Assembly (NCBI GenBank): GCA_964352735.1
Contig: CAYGTC010000007.1
Location: 22,379-86,378 of the forward strand
Length of the DNA stretch: 64,000 nt
Direction of reading: 5' to 3'
From: an uncultured Alcanivoracaceae bacterium
GTDB lineage: Bacteria > Pseudomonadota > Gammaproteobacteria > Xanthomonadales > Marinicellaceae
In this document: positions 18,032 through 29,180 of the stretch, piece after piece
How the letters are laid out: every line of letters begins with the position of its first letter
How positions within the stretch are numbered: position 1 is the first letter of the stretch
Position numbers and translations under genes: made by a program
Notes under the pieces: model-generated
Told to the model about the DNA's origin: nothing
The model's database searches: none
Seen by the model: the letters and a program-made list of their open reading frames with translations, nothing else

Positions 18032-19228
18032 ATGTTCAAAAAAAATGTTATTCTCCCATTTTTGTTGTTAATAGCAACAGCGGCTTTAATTTGGTTTATA
18101 TTCAATAACAAACCCTCAGCAAAGAAATTTCGTCAAGCCCCTGTACAAAAAATCAGAACCACTGCCATACAACCCGTTGGTCAGTCTTATACCGTATGGA
18201 TACCCACATTTGGTGTCATACAACCAAAAGATCAAAGCCTTATGATTGCTCAAGTTTCAGGACAAGTAACAGCCGTCAGCGACCGCTTTCGTGATGGTTC
18301 TTTTTTTGAAAAAGGTGATTTATTACTGAGCATCGATGATACCGATTATCAAGCACAATTGACCATTGCCAAAGCAGAACTCAAGCAAGCAGAGTTTACT
18401 TATGCCGATGAAAAGGCTCGCTCTGATCAAGCCGTTAAAGACTGGTACAAATTGGGCAATAAATCAAATCCACCCACTTTGGTTTCCAGGGAATTACAAC
18501 TAAAATCATCTCTTTCTAATTTACAGGCCAGTAAAGCCAAGGTACAACAAGCGCAGCTCAACGTTGACAGAGCCACAATATACGCACCATATGCCGGCAG
18601 AGTCATGAACTTAAATGTCAATGTAGGCCAAGTGGTTAATTTAGGCAATACATTGGGCGAGGTTTATGCTGTTGATTCTGCTGAAATCAGACTTCCTTTA
18701 AAATCACAACAATTACATCACATCAATTTACCTGAATCATACAGAGATAATGAAAACGGTGCCTCCTCATTAGCCGTTCGATTTTCTATTGAAAGTGCGG
18801 GTCAATCGTATGATTGGCAAGCGACCATTAACAGGGTTGAAGGAACCATTGACACTCAAACCAGGCAACTTTACGTGGTTGCAGAAATTGAAAACCCTTA
18901 CGGGTTTCGAGAAGATGGTTCTCCTCCAGTAAAAATTGGCCAATTCATTAACGCCATGATCAAAGGCAATGAGCTGGAGAATGTGGTATTACTGCCCCAC
19001 GCATCGGTATATTCTGACAATTACATCAATATTATCAATAATGGAATTTTAGAACGCCGTAGCATTGAACCTTTATGGGAAGATGACACACATGTCATCA
19101 TTGCAGATGAATTTACTGAAGGACAAATGATAGCAACCACACCACTTGGCGATGTCATCAGTGGGACTGCTGTAGAAATTGTAGAAACAAAGACCCAAGC
19201 CAATAATGGTGAGAGCAGTTATGAATAG
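18032..19228 (+). CDS. RND efflux periplasmic adaptor (HlyD/MFP family)
   Basis: 398 aa with an N-terminal anchor, a coiled-coil hairpin (YQAQLTIAKAELKQAE...SNLQASKAKVQQAQLNV) and the IYAPYAGRV lipoyl-type motif. Confidence 0.85.
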   Translation: MFKKNVILPFLLLIATAALIWFIFNNKPSAKKFRQAPVQKIRTTAIQPVGQSYTVWIPTFGVIQPKDQSLMIAQVSGQVTAVSDRFRDGSFFEKGDLLLSIDDTDYQAQLTIAKAELKQAEFTYADEKARSDQAVKDWYKLGNKSNPPTLVSRELQLKSSLSNLQASKAKVQQAQLNVDRATIYAPYAGRVMNLNVNVGQVVNLGNTLGEVYAVDSAEIRLPLKSQQLHHINLPESYRDNENGASSLAVRFSIESAGQSYDWQATINRVEGTIDTQTRQLYVVAEIENPYGFREDGSPPVKIGQFINAMIKGNELENVVLLPHASVYSDNYINIINNGILERRSIEPLWEDDTHVIIADEFTEGQMIATTPLGDVISGTAVEIVETKTQANNGESSYE

Positions 19229-22200
19229 CGGTTTCATACAGTGGTTTGCAAAGAACCATGTGGCAGCCAATCTACTGATGGTCAGTATTGCATTCATAGG
19301 TCTGATGTCCCTAAACACCAGAATACCTTTAGAGGTTTTTCCTTCGATAGAACTTGACATAGTCAATATCAATACCAGCTTACCCGGATCTACGCCCAGC
19401 GAAACAGAACAAGGCATCACCATTCGTGTTGAAGAAGCCATCAGTGATATTGAAGGCATTGAGGCCATTACTTCACGTTCATCTGAAGGACAATCCTCGG
19501 TATCTGTTGAATTATCATCCAGTTACGACGCCCAGGTTATTCTGAATGAAATAAAAAATCGCGTAGATGCCATCAATACTTTTCCACAAGATATAGAAAA
19601 CCCGGTAGTCAATCAAGCCGTAAGGCAGCGTGAGGTCATTTCCGTTGTCGTATCAGGAGATGTATCTGAAAAAGAATTACGACTGGTCAGTGAACAAGTA
19701 AGAGATGATATCATTGCCATTGAAGGTATCACACAAGTTTTTTTGGAAAACGTCAGACCCTTTGAAATCGCCATTGAAGTGGATCAAAGTACCCTGAACG
19801 AATACGGCATAAGCATCAATACCATTGCAACAGCAATCAACAATAACTCCATAGATTTATCAGCAGGAAACATCAAAACTGATGCTGGGGAAATATTGAT
19901 CAGAACACAAGGACAAGCCTATCAACGTCAACAATTTGAAGACATCATCATCAGTAATAGAGAAGATGGTTCACTGCTGCGCTTGGGTGATATTGCTGCA
20001 GTCAATGATGGCTTTGAAGAACAATCCATTTTAACGCGTTTTAATGGAAAACGCGCCATGGAAGTTGAAGTCTACAGTGTCGGTAAACAGAGCGCCATTA
20101 CCGTTGCAGACAAAGTTAAAGACTACATTAGCTCCAAAAAACCTCAATTGCCACAATCCATTGAACTGGGGTATTGGAGAGACCGGTCCCAAATCGTTAA
20201 AAACCGCCTCAGCACTTTAATTAATAGCGCCATACAAGGCGGCTTATTGGTGATCATTCTTTTGACCATATTTTTAAGACCAAAAGTCGCCTTTTGGGTG
20301 GTCATAGGTATTCCCATTTCATTTTTAGGGGCTTTATCATTACTGCCTTTTTTTGGTATTACCATCAATATTGTCAGTTTATTTGCTTTCATATTAGTGC
20401 TTGGAATTGTCGTTGATGATGCCATTGTTACGGGAGAAAACATCTATACGCACATGAAACGCCATGGTGATGGACTTAAAGCCGCAATTGAAGGCACCAA
20501 AGAAGTCGCAACACCTGTGACCTTTGGTATTTTGACCACTGTAGCGGCTTTCATACCGTTAACCCTTATTGAAGGTGGACGCAGTGTCTTTTTCAAACAA
20601 TTGCCCTATGTGGTCATCCCTGTATTGCTGTTTTCACTGATTGAATCTAAATTTGTTTTACCTGCGCACTTAAAATATCTTAAACCTTACAGTAAAAACC
20701 CCTCTCGCTTCACACAATGGCAAAGCCGTTTTGCTGATGGCTTAGAAAGTTTCATCGAAAGATTCTATCAACCACTATTAATAAAAGCATTGCATAATAG
20801 GTTCTTGACCTTAAGTGTTTTTTTCAGCATCACTTTATTGGTTTATGCCATGGTATTCAGCGGCTGGACCCGCTTTATCTTTTTCCCCAGGGTTCCAAGC
20901 GAAATCGCAAGAGCCACGTTAGTTATGCCAATTGGCTCACCATTTGAATTAACCGATCAATACGTACAGTTAATCACAGATAAAGCGCAAATCCTGCAAG
21001 AGAAATACCGTGATGATGAAACAAATGAAAGCCTCATTCTTAACATCATGTCCAACTCAGGTGCTTCAGGTGGCACAGGCGCTGGTCAATCTCACATCGG
21101 TCGGGTAATGTTCCAAATTGTTGCGCCAGAAAAAAGAGAAAGCACCGTATCAAGTGCTGAACTGGTCAGAGAATGGCGGAAACTAATCGGCCCAATTCCA
21201 GGTGCGCAAGACGTCAATTATCGGGCCGAAATTGGCAGATCAAGTAACCCGATAGACATTCAACTCAGTGGCCAAGACTTACAACAATTGAAAGATCTTG
21301 CGCTGAATGTCAAACAAAAACTTCAACAATACCCCAACGTTTTTGATATCACCGACAGCTTATCCAATGGCAAAAGCCAAATTGAATTACAACTTAAACC
21401 ACAGGGGCAATTACTGGGCATTAGCTTATCAGATTTAGCCAGACAGGTCAGACAAGTTTTTTTTGGTGCACAAGTGCAACGCATTCAGAGAGGACGAGAT
21501 GATATCCGCGTAATGTTGAGATATTCTCTGGCAGAGAGAAGTCGTGTGAATACACTGAGCGAAATACTCATTGATGCACCTAATGGTATTCAAGTACCTT
21601 TTGACCAAGTCGCTTCAGTGATTAATAGCAAAAGTCCTTCCGTGATTAATAGGGTAGATCGCCGTCGGACGGTTAACATCACAGCTGATGTCAACAAAGA
21701 AAACATAAACATGGCAGCTGTTAATACAGAGATGCAAAGTTATTTACAACAATTAACCAATCCATTGTCTGGAGTAGATTTTGAGTTCGCCGGCGAAGCA
21801 GAAGAACAAAGAGACTCATTTGGCACATTGTTTTATGGTTTGATTGCGGTATTGTTTGTCATTTATGCCTTGTTGGCTATTCCATTTAAATCGTACATAC
21901 AACCCATTATCGTCATGTCAATCATTCCTTTTAGCCCAGCAGGTGCCATTATCGGGCACTGGATAATGTCTATGGATTTAACCATCTTAAGCTTAATGGG
22001 AATGCTTGCCCTTACAGGTGTTGTGGTCAACGATTCCTTAGTATTGGTTGATTATATTAATAAGAAAAAAGAAGCTGGAATGGATTTATTCACAGCCATA
22101 AAAACTGCTGGCATGGCCCGTTTCAGGCCTGTATTATTGACATCACTGACCACTTTTGTTGGATTAATGCCTTTGATTTTTGAAAAAAGCACACAGGCTC

Positions 22201-22355
22201 AATTTTTAATACCCATGGCTGTTTCATTAGGGTTTGGCATTATTTTTGCCACATTGATGACATTGTTTTTAATACCAGTTAATTATTACTTACTCAGTGA
22301 TGCAAGTAAATGGTGTCAAAATTTATTAAAAAAACAAGATTCTAAAACAGCCTAA
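19221..22355 (+). CDS. RND family efflux transporter permease (AcrB/HAE-type)
   Basis: About 1044 aa with 12-TM architecture, two large periplasmic loops and VVDDAIV/VVNDSLVLVDY motifs. The start is taken at ATG 19221 (MNSGFIQWF). ATG 19206 is possible. Confidence 0.9.
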   Translation: MNSGFIQWFAKNHVAANLLMVSIAFIGLMSLNTRIPLEVFPSIELDIVNINTSLPGSTPSETEQGITIRVEEAISDIEGIEAITSRSSEGQSSVSVELSSSYDAQVILNEIKNRVDAINTFPQDIENPVVNQAVRQREVISVVVSGDVSEKELRLVSEQVRDDIIAIEGITQVFLENVRPFEIAIEVDQSTLNEYGISINTIATAINNNSIDLSAGNIKTDAGEILIRTQGQAYQRQQFEDIIISNREDGSLLRLGDIAAVNDGFEEQSILTRFNGKRAMEVEVYSVGKQSAITVADKVKDYISSKKPQLPQSIELGYWRDRSQIVKNRLSTLINSAIQGGLLVIILLTIFLRPKVAFWVVIGIPISFLGALSLLPFFGITINIVSLFAFILVLGIVVDDAIVTGENIYTHMKRHGDGLKAAIEGTKEVATPVTFGILTTVAAFIPLTLIEGGRSVFFKQLPYVVIPVLLFSLIESKFVLPAHLKYLKPYSKNPSRFTQWQSRFADGLESFIERFYQPLLIKALHNRFLTLSVFFSITLLVYAMVFSGWTRFIFFPRVPSEIARATLVMPIGSPFELTDQYVQLITDKAQILQEKYRDDETNESLILNIMSNSGASGGTGAGQSHIGRVMFQIVAPEKRESTVSSAELVREWRKLIGPIPGAQDVNYRAEIGRSSNPIDIQLSGQDLQQLKDLALNVKQKLQQYPNVFDITDSLSNGKSQIELQLKPQGQLLGISLSDLARQVRQVFFGAQVQRIQRGRDDIRVMLRYSLAERSRVNTLSEILIDAPNGIQVPFDQVASVINSKSPSVINRVDRRRTVNITADVNKENINMAAVNTEMQSYLQQLTNPLSGVDFEFAGEAEEQRDSFGTLFYGLIAVLFVIYALLAIPFKSYIQPIIVMSIIPFSPAGAIIGHWIMSMDLTILSLMGMLALTGVVVNDSLVLVDYINKKKEAGMDLFTAIKTAGMARFRPVLLTSLTTFVGLMPLIFEKSTQAQFLIPMAVSLGFGIIFATLMTLFLIPVNYYLLSDASKWCQNLLKKQDSKTA

Positions 22356-22534
22356 GCCAATCAAAAACTGATTACATTTGAATGAAAACACCTTAATACA
22401 TGGATACAAATCATGTACAACCTACTATTTATTAAGCAATTGATGTTTTTTAGAATCAACTGATTATGGTTATAAAATTTACTGAGCGATTTATAATAAA
22501 GCGACTCAACCCCGTATTGCAACACAAAATAAAG

Positions 22535-22567
22535 AAGATAAAGCGATATTTTTTCTCGCTTTATCTT
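22535..22567 (+). terminator. 12-bp stem hairpin between the RND operon and clpS (possible terminator or leader structure)
   Basis: AAGATAAAGCGA (22535-22546) pairs with TCGCTTTATCTT (22556-22567), with a T-rich 9-nt loop. No clear downstream U-tract. Confidence 0.35.
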
Positions 22568-22621
22568 GAAATTTGGACAAAATAGCTCAAAATTATACTC
22601 AAGATAATATGTAATACGAAT

Positions 22622-22942
22622 ATGACAGACAAAGATTTATCATGGGATAACCAGTCACTGGTTTTCGATGAAACAGAACAACAAATTAAAGAGCCTTCTA
22701 TGTATAAGGTGTTCATCATCAATGATGACTTTACACCTATGGATTTTGTTATAGAAGTTTTGGTACGCTTTTTCAAAATGGATGAAGAAAGAGCTACACA
22801 AGTGATGATGCATGTCCATACCAGAGGCAAAGGTTTGTGTGGCATTTTTACACATGAAATTGCAGAAACAAAAATGATGCAAGTAAACCATCATGCTAAA
22901 GATCACGCCCACCCCCTATTGTGTGTAATGGAGTCAGTCTGA
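22622..22942 (+). CDS. clpS: ATP-dependent Clp protease adaptor ClpS
   Basis: 106 aa with the core YKVFIINDDFTPMDFVIEVL...MDEERATQVMMHVHTRGKGLCG. Confidence 0.95.
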   Translation: MTDKDLSWDNQSLVFDETEQQIKEPSMYKVFIINDDFTPMDFVIEVLVRFFKMDEERATQVMMHVHTRGKGLCGIFTHEIAETKMMQVNHHAKDHAHPLLCVMESV

Positions 22943-25218
22943 TGTTAGATAAAGAACTTGATCAATGTATTGGAAAAATTTACCAACAAGCTGTTTTCAA
23001 CCGACATGAATTTTTAACCGTTGAACACCTCATGCTTGGACTATTAAAGAACTCATCTGTTATCAACGTCCTTAACGATGTTGTTTGCGATATTCCTTTA
23101 CTCAAGTCAGAATTGCTACAACACATAGAACAGCATGTGGAAAGCATGCCCAAAGATATTGATGTGACACCGCAACCCACAACCGCATTTCAACGGGTGA
23201 TGCAACGGGCCATTTATTCGTCGCAATCGGCTGAAGTGGCCACTGTAACTGGTGATCGTGTTTTGGTGTCTTTTTTTGAAGAACCAGAATGTCACGTGGT
23301 TTACTTACTAGCCAAACAAGGCATTGAAAGGTTTGATATTGTCAGCAGTGTTGCTCATGGCAGCAATTCATCTGTAGAAGAATATGAAAACGACACAGAA
23401 TCACAAGAACAACCCAATGAAGATAACATTGATCAATACCTGATAAATCTCAATAAAAAAGCTGAAAAAGGCTTAATTGACCCGCTCATCGGCCGTCACC
23501 AAGAGCTGGAACGTGTCATTCAAATTCTATTGAGAAGAAGTAAAAACAACCCTTTATTGATCGGCGAACCAGGTGTTGGTAAAACAGCGGTTGCTGCTGG
23601 ATTGGCCAAACGCATCGTCGATAAAGAAGTACCTGAATTAATTCAAGATGCAATCGTGTTATCACTGGATTTAGGCAATTTACTGGCAGGAACAAAATAC
23701 CGTGGTGACTTTGAGAAACGCATGAAAAAAGTCATCAAACATGTCCAAAGCGTCGAAAATTCGATTTTATTCATTGATGAAATTCACACCATTATTGGAG
23801 CAGGCTCAGTTTCTGGCGGCACCATGGATGCATCCAATATGTTAAAGCCCGCATTAAGTACAGGCGAGTTACGTTGTATTGGCGCAACCACAGCACAAGA
23901 AGCCCGCACTGTTTTTGATAAAGACAGAGCTCTGGCCAGAAGATTTCAAAAGGTGACCATAGCTGAACCCAGCGTTCCTGAAACCATAGAAATCCTACAA
24001 GGTTTAAAATCACAATTCGAAAAACACCATCAAGTCAGCTACCACAATGAGGCCATTACTGAGGCGGTAAAATTGACATCAAGGTATTTGAATGAGAAAT
24101 TTTTACCTGACAAAGCCATTGATGCCATAGATGAGGCAGGATCATGGCAAAGAATCAAAAACAAACAAGAATCAACAATCAATGCATCAGATATTCGTCG
24201 TGTGGTTGCTTCAATGGCGAAAATCCCATTAAATGACCTGAATGGCGATGACATTCAGCGTTTACAATCAATCGAAAGAAATTTAAAAATGGTCATTTTC
24301 GGCCAAGATGAAGCCATAGATGCCTTATCTACTGCCATCAAAATGTCTAGAGCAGGCATGGCCAGAGCAGACAAACCGATTGCAAATTTATTATTCTCCG
24401 GCCCCACGGGTGTTGGCAAGACAGAGGTGGTCAAACAACTCTCACACTTACTCGGTTTAAAGTTACTGCGTTTTGACATGTCTGAATACATGGAGGCACA
24501 CAGTGTCTCAAAATTGATAGGCTCACCTCCAGGCTATGTAGGACACGAGAGCGGTGGCTTATTGACAGATAAAGTTCATCAGAACCCTCACTCTGTCGTC
24601 TTGTTGGATGAAATTGAAAAAGCCCACCCAGATATTTTCAATGTACTGCTGCAAGTCATGGACCGAGGCATGCTCACCGATTCCAATGGTCGCGAGTCCG
24701 ATTTCAGGAATGTTTTATTAATCATGACAACCAATGCTGGCGCTAAAGAACAATCGCGTGCTTCAATGGGCTTTACCCTTCAGGATAATACAAGCGACTC
24801 AATGCAGGCTATAACAAGGCTGTTCAGCCCAGAATTTAGAAACAGACTTGATTCAATCATTCAATTCAAGCCTTTACTGTCTTCCCATGTGCTTAAAATA
24901 GTTGATAAGATCATGATAGAACTCGAAGCACAATTATCTGAAAAATCCATAAAATTCAAACTCAGTCAAGCTGCAAAACAATGGCTGGTTACTAAAGGGT
25001 ACGATAAATTAATGGGCGCACGTCCCATGCAACGCGCCATAGAACAATACATTAAGAAGCCCATCATAGATGAGATACTGTTTGGTAAATTGGTCAATGG
25101 AGGATTGGTAAAAGTTAACGTGATCAATAAGAAACTGAACTTTAATATTGAGAGCAGATTACCATTACTGACCAACAGCAATACACTTAACTCTAACCAA
25201 ACACAAGCAACGGATTAA
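22942..25218 (+). CDS. clpA: ATP-dependent Clp protease ATP-binding subunit ClpA
   Basis: Two AAA+ modules ([16 protein letters not shown]). The N-terminus MLDKELDQ...[14 protein letters not shown] aligns with the E. coli ClpA start. ATG 22942 overlaps the clpS TGA by 1 nt. Confidence 0.95.
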   Translation: MLDKELDQCIGKIYQQAVFNRHEFLTVEHLMLGLLKNSSVINVLNDVVCDIPLLKSELLQHIEQHVESMPKDIDVTPQPTTAFQRVMQRAIYSSQSAEVATVTGDRVLVSFFEEPECHVVYLLAKQGIERFDIVSSVAHGSNSSVEEYENDTESQEQPNEDNIDQYLINLNKKAEKGLIDPLIGRHQELERVIQILLRRSKNNPLLIGEPGVGKTAVAAGLAKRIVDKEVPELIQDAIVLSLDLGNLLAGTKYRGDFEKRMKKVIKHVQSVENSILFIDEIHTIIGAGSVSGGTMDASNMLKPALSTGELRCIGATTAQEARTVFDKDRALARRFQKVTIAEPSVPETIEILQGLKSQFEKHHQVSYHNEAITEAVKLTSRYLNEKFLPDKAIDAIDEAGSWQRIKNKQESTINASDIRRVVASMAKIPLNDLNGDDIQRLQSIERNLKMVIFGQDEAIDALSTAIKMSRAGMARADKPIANLLFSGPTGVGKTEVVKQLSHLLGLKLLRFDMSEYMEAHSVSKLIGSPPGYVGHESGGLLTDKVHQNPHSVVLLDEIEKAHPDIFNVLLQVMDRGMLTDSNGRESDFRNVLLIMTTNAGAKEQSRASMGFTLQDNTSDSMQAITRLFSPEFRNRLDSIIQFKPLLSSHVLKIVDKIMIELEAQLSEKSIKFKLSQAAKQWLVTKGYDKLMGARPMQRAIEQYIKKPIIDEILFGKLVNGGLVKVNVINKKLNFNIESRLPLLTNSNTLNSNQTQATD

Positions 25219-25235
25219 AACAACCTGATTAGATA

Positions 25236-25268
25236 CTGCACATTTCACCTCTATAGTGAAATGTGCAG
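25236..25268. terminator. 13-bp perfect hairpin between convergent clpA and infA
   Basis: CTGCACATTTCAC (25236-25248) pairs with GTGAAATGTGCAG (25256-25268). It shares the 11-mer CATTTCACCTC with the hairpin at 48883-48920. Confidence 0.55.
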
Positions 25269-25341
25269 ATTAATTACGAGAAATTATGATTAAACCGTTA
25301 CTTCATGTTCGAGATAACGGTGTTGCCTTCGCGGCTGAATA

Positions 25342-25560
25342 TTATTTCTTACGAAAAGTGATTCTTCCCTTACTGAGATCATAAGGTGTCAATTCAACAG
25401 TAACGGTATCACCTGTTAAAATGCGGATATAGTGTTTACGCATACGACCTGAGATATGAGCAGTGACCAAATGGCCATTCTCAAGCTCAACCCTAAACAT
25501 AGTATTAGGTAAAGTCTCTAAGACTTTTCCTTCAAATTCGATTACATCTTCTTTTGCCAT
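25342..25560 (-). CDS. infA: translation initiation factor IF-1
   Basis: 72 aa: [30 protein letters not shown]... Confidence 0.97.
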   Translation of the reverse strand: MAKEDVIEFEGKVLETLPNTMFRVELENGHLVTAHISGRMRKHYIRILTGDTVTVELTPYDLSKGRITFRKK

Positions 25561-25652
25561 AATTTCCTGTGTATAGATAAAAAACGTGGCGGATTTTAGC
25601 AGATTAAGCTGAATATTTCATTAACGAACAATGTTTATTGCCATTAAATTGA

Positions 25653-26315
25653 TTAACAGCCCATATTTTGCGGTAAATACTTCTTAAATTGCCGAATAGA
25701 AATCAATTCAGCGCCCATAGATTCCAAATGTTCACTGTGGGCCTGGCAATCCAAAACGTGATAGTTATTGCGACTTAAATACTGACATAACTCATACAAA
25801 GCAAATTTCGATCCATTGGTTTGATCACTGAACATTGATTCTCCAAAAAATATTTGCTGTAACGCAACGCCGTAAATACCACCAACCACTTTGCCCGAAA
25901 CTTCAACTTCTAAACAATGGGCAATGCCATGTTTGAATAAATCAATATAAGCCTGTTTCATTTCATCAGTAATCCATGTGCCCAAGCCATCTTTTCTGGT
26001 GAGCGAACAAGCATTAATCACATATTCAAAATCTCGATCAAAAAACACTTGATAAGCTGTTTTTTTAATCGCCCTTTTAAAACTTCGAGAAAGGTGAATT
26101 TTATCAGGGTACAAGACCATTCGTGGATTTGGCGACCACCATAAAATGGGCTCATTCTCAGAATACCAAGGGAAGATACCCCTCGAATAAGCTGCAACCA
26201 AAGTTTCAACTGACAAGTCTCCGCCAAAAGCCAACAAACCATTTGGCTCACTTAAGGCTTCTTCTATTGGCGGAAAGTCAGACCGACCATCCATTGTTGG
26301 CAAGCAGATTTTCAT
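25653..26315 (-). CDS. aat: leucyl/phenylalanyl-tRNA--protein transferase
   Basis: 220 aa with GLLAFGGDLS, GIFPWY, WWSPNPR and GESMFS motifs. It is adjacent to infA and clpSA, as in many gammaproteobacteria. Confidence 0.9.
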   Translation of the reverse strand: MKICLPTMDGRSDFPPIEEALSEPNGLLAFGGDLSVETLVAAYSRGIFPWYSENEPILWWSPNPRMVLYPDKIHLSRSFKRAIKKTAYQVFFDRDFEYVINACSLTRKDGLGTWITDEMKQAYIDLFKHGIAHCLEVEVSGKVVGGIYGVALQQIFFGESMFSDQTNGSKFALYELCQYLSRNNYHVLDCQAHSEHLESMGAELISIRQFKKYLPQNMGC

Positions 26316-26379
26316 AGAGGGTCACACGACTGTGTTATTTTCTAACAATGGAGTAGTGCGACCTATGAATTCAATAATG

Positions 26380-27363
<984 letters not shown>

Positions 27364-27501
27364 TTAATGACGGTATTCTAACAAAATCTACAGATTCTGC
27401 AATTATGATTTTTTTATCATCATATTCGATTTTGTCAATGTTTGTATTGGGGTTAGATTATTAACGCAAGCGACCTTTATTTGGCCACAATGCTGACAAA
27501 T

Positions 27502-28158
27502 TTATTCTTCTAATTGAATATTATCGGTATTTATTTGGGGCGCTTGCACCTTTTGTTTCTCAACCAATATAACACCGACTTCATCCATACTCAGAGAAGA
27601 TATATCCAAATCCGGCTCTTGAATTTTTTGTTTTTCAGCAAATATCGCACCCACTTCATCAAGGCTCAAATCAGAAATATCAAGTTGCACTGGTTCAATC
27701 GGCTTTTTTTCAACAATCTGAGTACCCACTTCATCAATATCTAACTCACCAATATCAAACTCGACTCTTTCAACGGGTTTAAATTGCACCAATTGAACGC
27801 CAGCTTCACCTAATGACAAGTTCGATGTATTAAAGTGTTGTGGTTGAATAAAAGGTTTATTGACAAGAACCACACCAGGCTCTGATAAAGTCAATGCATT
27901 TTTATTCTGTTGACCTTTTTCTGAGACTTGTTTTGCTAATGAAACCCTCAATCCAGCTTTCTTTAATGCCGCTCTAAAATGATTGGCCTTTTCTAAACTT
28001 AAAGATTTTTTTAATGTTCTGGACTTGCCATCAAAAAACTGTTCTGCCTTGTTGTTAGGCAACTTAAATAATTTAGAAAAATGCGCAATAGCACGGGATC
28101 GATCGATGGTGTTGATAAATTTACCTTTAAAAACCACATCAAATAACACTTCACTCAT
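27502..28158 (-). CDS. hypothetical protein: ~90-aa basic N-terminal domain + five tandem 25-aa acidic repeats
   Basis: 218 aa. It has a 4-nt overlap (ATGA) with the upstream acyltransferase gene. The repeat unit is LS(L/M)DEVG..(I/L)VEK.K(I/V)..P...(D/N)(I/T)S. Confidence 0.6.
   Translation of the reverse strand: MSEVLFDVVFKGKFINTIDRSRAIAHFSKLFKLPNNKAEQFFDGKSRTLKKSLSLEKANHFRAALKKAGLRVSLAKQVSEKGQQNKNALTLSEPGVVLVNKPFIQPQHFNTSNLSLGEAGVQLVQFKPVERVEFDIGELDIDEVGTQIVEKKPIEPVQLDISDLSLDEVGAIFAEKQKIQEPDLDISSLSMDEVGVILVEKQKVQAPQINTDNIQLEE
27520..27894 (-). repeat. 5 x 75-nt in-frame coding tandem repeat
   Basis: The marker CTTCATC/CTTCACC recurs at 27579, 27654, 27729 and 27804, which is an exact 75-nt period. 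Confidence 0.85.
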
Positions 28159-29018
28159 GATAACCTCTTATCTATTTCTTGCCATCGATCATTCAACCAT
28201 TGTTGCAATTCTTTTCTGAATGATAGATCTGTAATGTAATTTTTATTTTTCAATTGTTCTGGAATGGATACAGTGCTGATTTGAACATGAACACTTTCAA
28301 ACCGTCCCGTCAGATAATCCCACACTCCTGGTGTTTTGGGGCGATACTTTATACTGGTCAATACCAAAAATTTAATCTGAGCCCCCATAGAGCCCAACAC
28401 AAACCCAACACCACCTGACTTAGGTTTCAATAAATGCTTAAATTTGGCATGCTGCTTTTTTTGTTTTGCTTCAGAAAATCTGGTACCCTCGACAAAATTA
28501 AGCACTGAAATTGGAAAATCCTTAAATTTTTCACAAGCTTTTTTTGTCACTTCTAAGTCTTTGCCCTCCATGTGTGGATTTTTAGCCAAGTAATCAGCAG
28601 AAAATCGGCGCATAAAAGGAAAGTCCAAAGCCCACCATGCCAGCCCTAAAAACGGCACCCAAATCAATTCTTTTTTTAAGAAAAACTTTAAGAAGGGAAT
28701 TTTTTTGTAAAAAACATTCTGTAATATGGGTATGTCGGCAGCAGCCCTGTGATTACTGATGACCAAATACCAATCGTCAATGGCCAAATCATCAATACCA
28801 CTGACCGTAACTTTTTTACCATGAATCATTTCATGCGAAACCGTATTGACCCAAATCCAACTGTTTGCTATCGTCACCAAAAAACGCGACAAGGCATTTT
28901 GAAAAATTTTGATTGGAACGATCAACTTGATCAAAGAAAAGAATACCAGTATGGGTACCCAAAACACAGTATTAACAACCACAACAAGTAAACAAATAAT
29001 TCCTTTAATGACAGGCAT
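28155..29018 (-). CDS. lysophospholipid/glycerolipid acyltransferase (PlsC/YihG-like)
   Basis: 287 aa with an N-terminal TM segment, the H(X4)D motif in SNHRAAADIP, and the FVEGTR motif. Confidence 0.75.
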   Translation of the reverse strand: MPVIKGIICLLVVVVNTVFWVPILVFFSLIKLIVPIKIFQNALSRFLVTIANSWIWVNTVSHEMIHGKKVTVSGIDDLAIDDWYLVISNHRAAADIPILQNVFYKKIPFLKFFLKKELIWVPFLGLAWWALDFPFMRRFSADYLAKNPHMEGKDLEVTKKACEKFKDFPISVLNFVEGTRFSEAKQKKQHAKFKHLLKPKSGGVGFVLGSMGAQIKFLVLTSIKYRPKTPGVWDYLTGRFESVHVQISTVSIPEQLKNKNYITDLSFRKELQQWLNDRWQEIDKRLS

Positions 29019-29180
29019 ATGATAATGAATCTAAAAAACTTTCCATCATTTTAGACCGTTTATGCTTAATTTTCATCAATATAATCCATTAATTACCAAA
29101 AGATGCACAAATTAATTACACTTTTTAAACAGCTGCGCATATAATATATCTCTTTATTCGAACATAGAGATATAACAAAC

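Noticed and set aside
22921-22941. Upstream GTG start for clpA given in the ORF track
   Set aside because: Alignment with the canonical ClpA N-terminus begins at ATG 22942. The extension would overlap the clpS coding sequence.
27520-27894. Possible CRISPR array (regular 75-nt periodicity); the 8-mer array at 5493-5532 was also considered
   Set aside because: The 75-nt units are in-frame, diverged coding repeats with no repeat/spacer alternation. The 8-mer array has no spacers. No cas genes are present.
29019-29180. SAM or SAH riboswitch upstream of metK or ahcY
   Set aside because: I could not find the conserved cores of SAM-I, SAM-II or SAH elements. The metK-ahcY gap is only 53 nt. The 9-bp hairpin at 29145-29174 overlaps the likely -10 (TATAAT 29140-29145), so it would not be fully transcribed.
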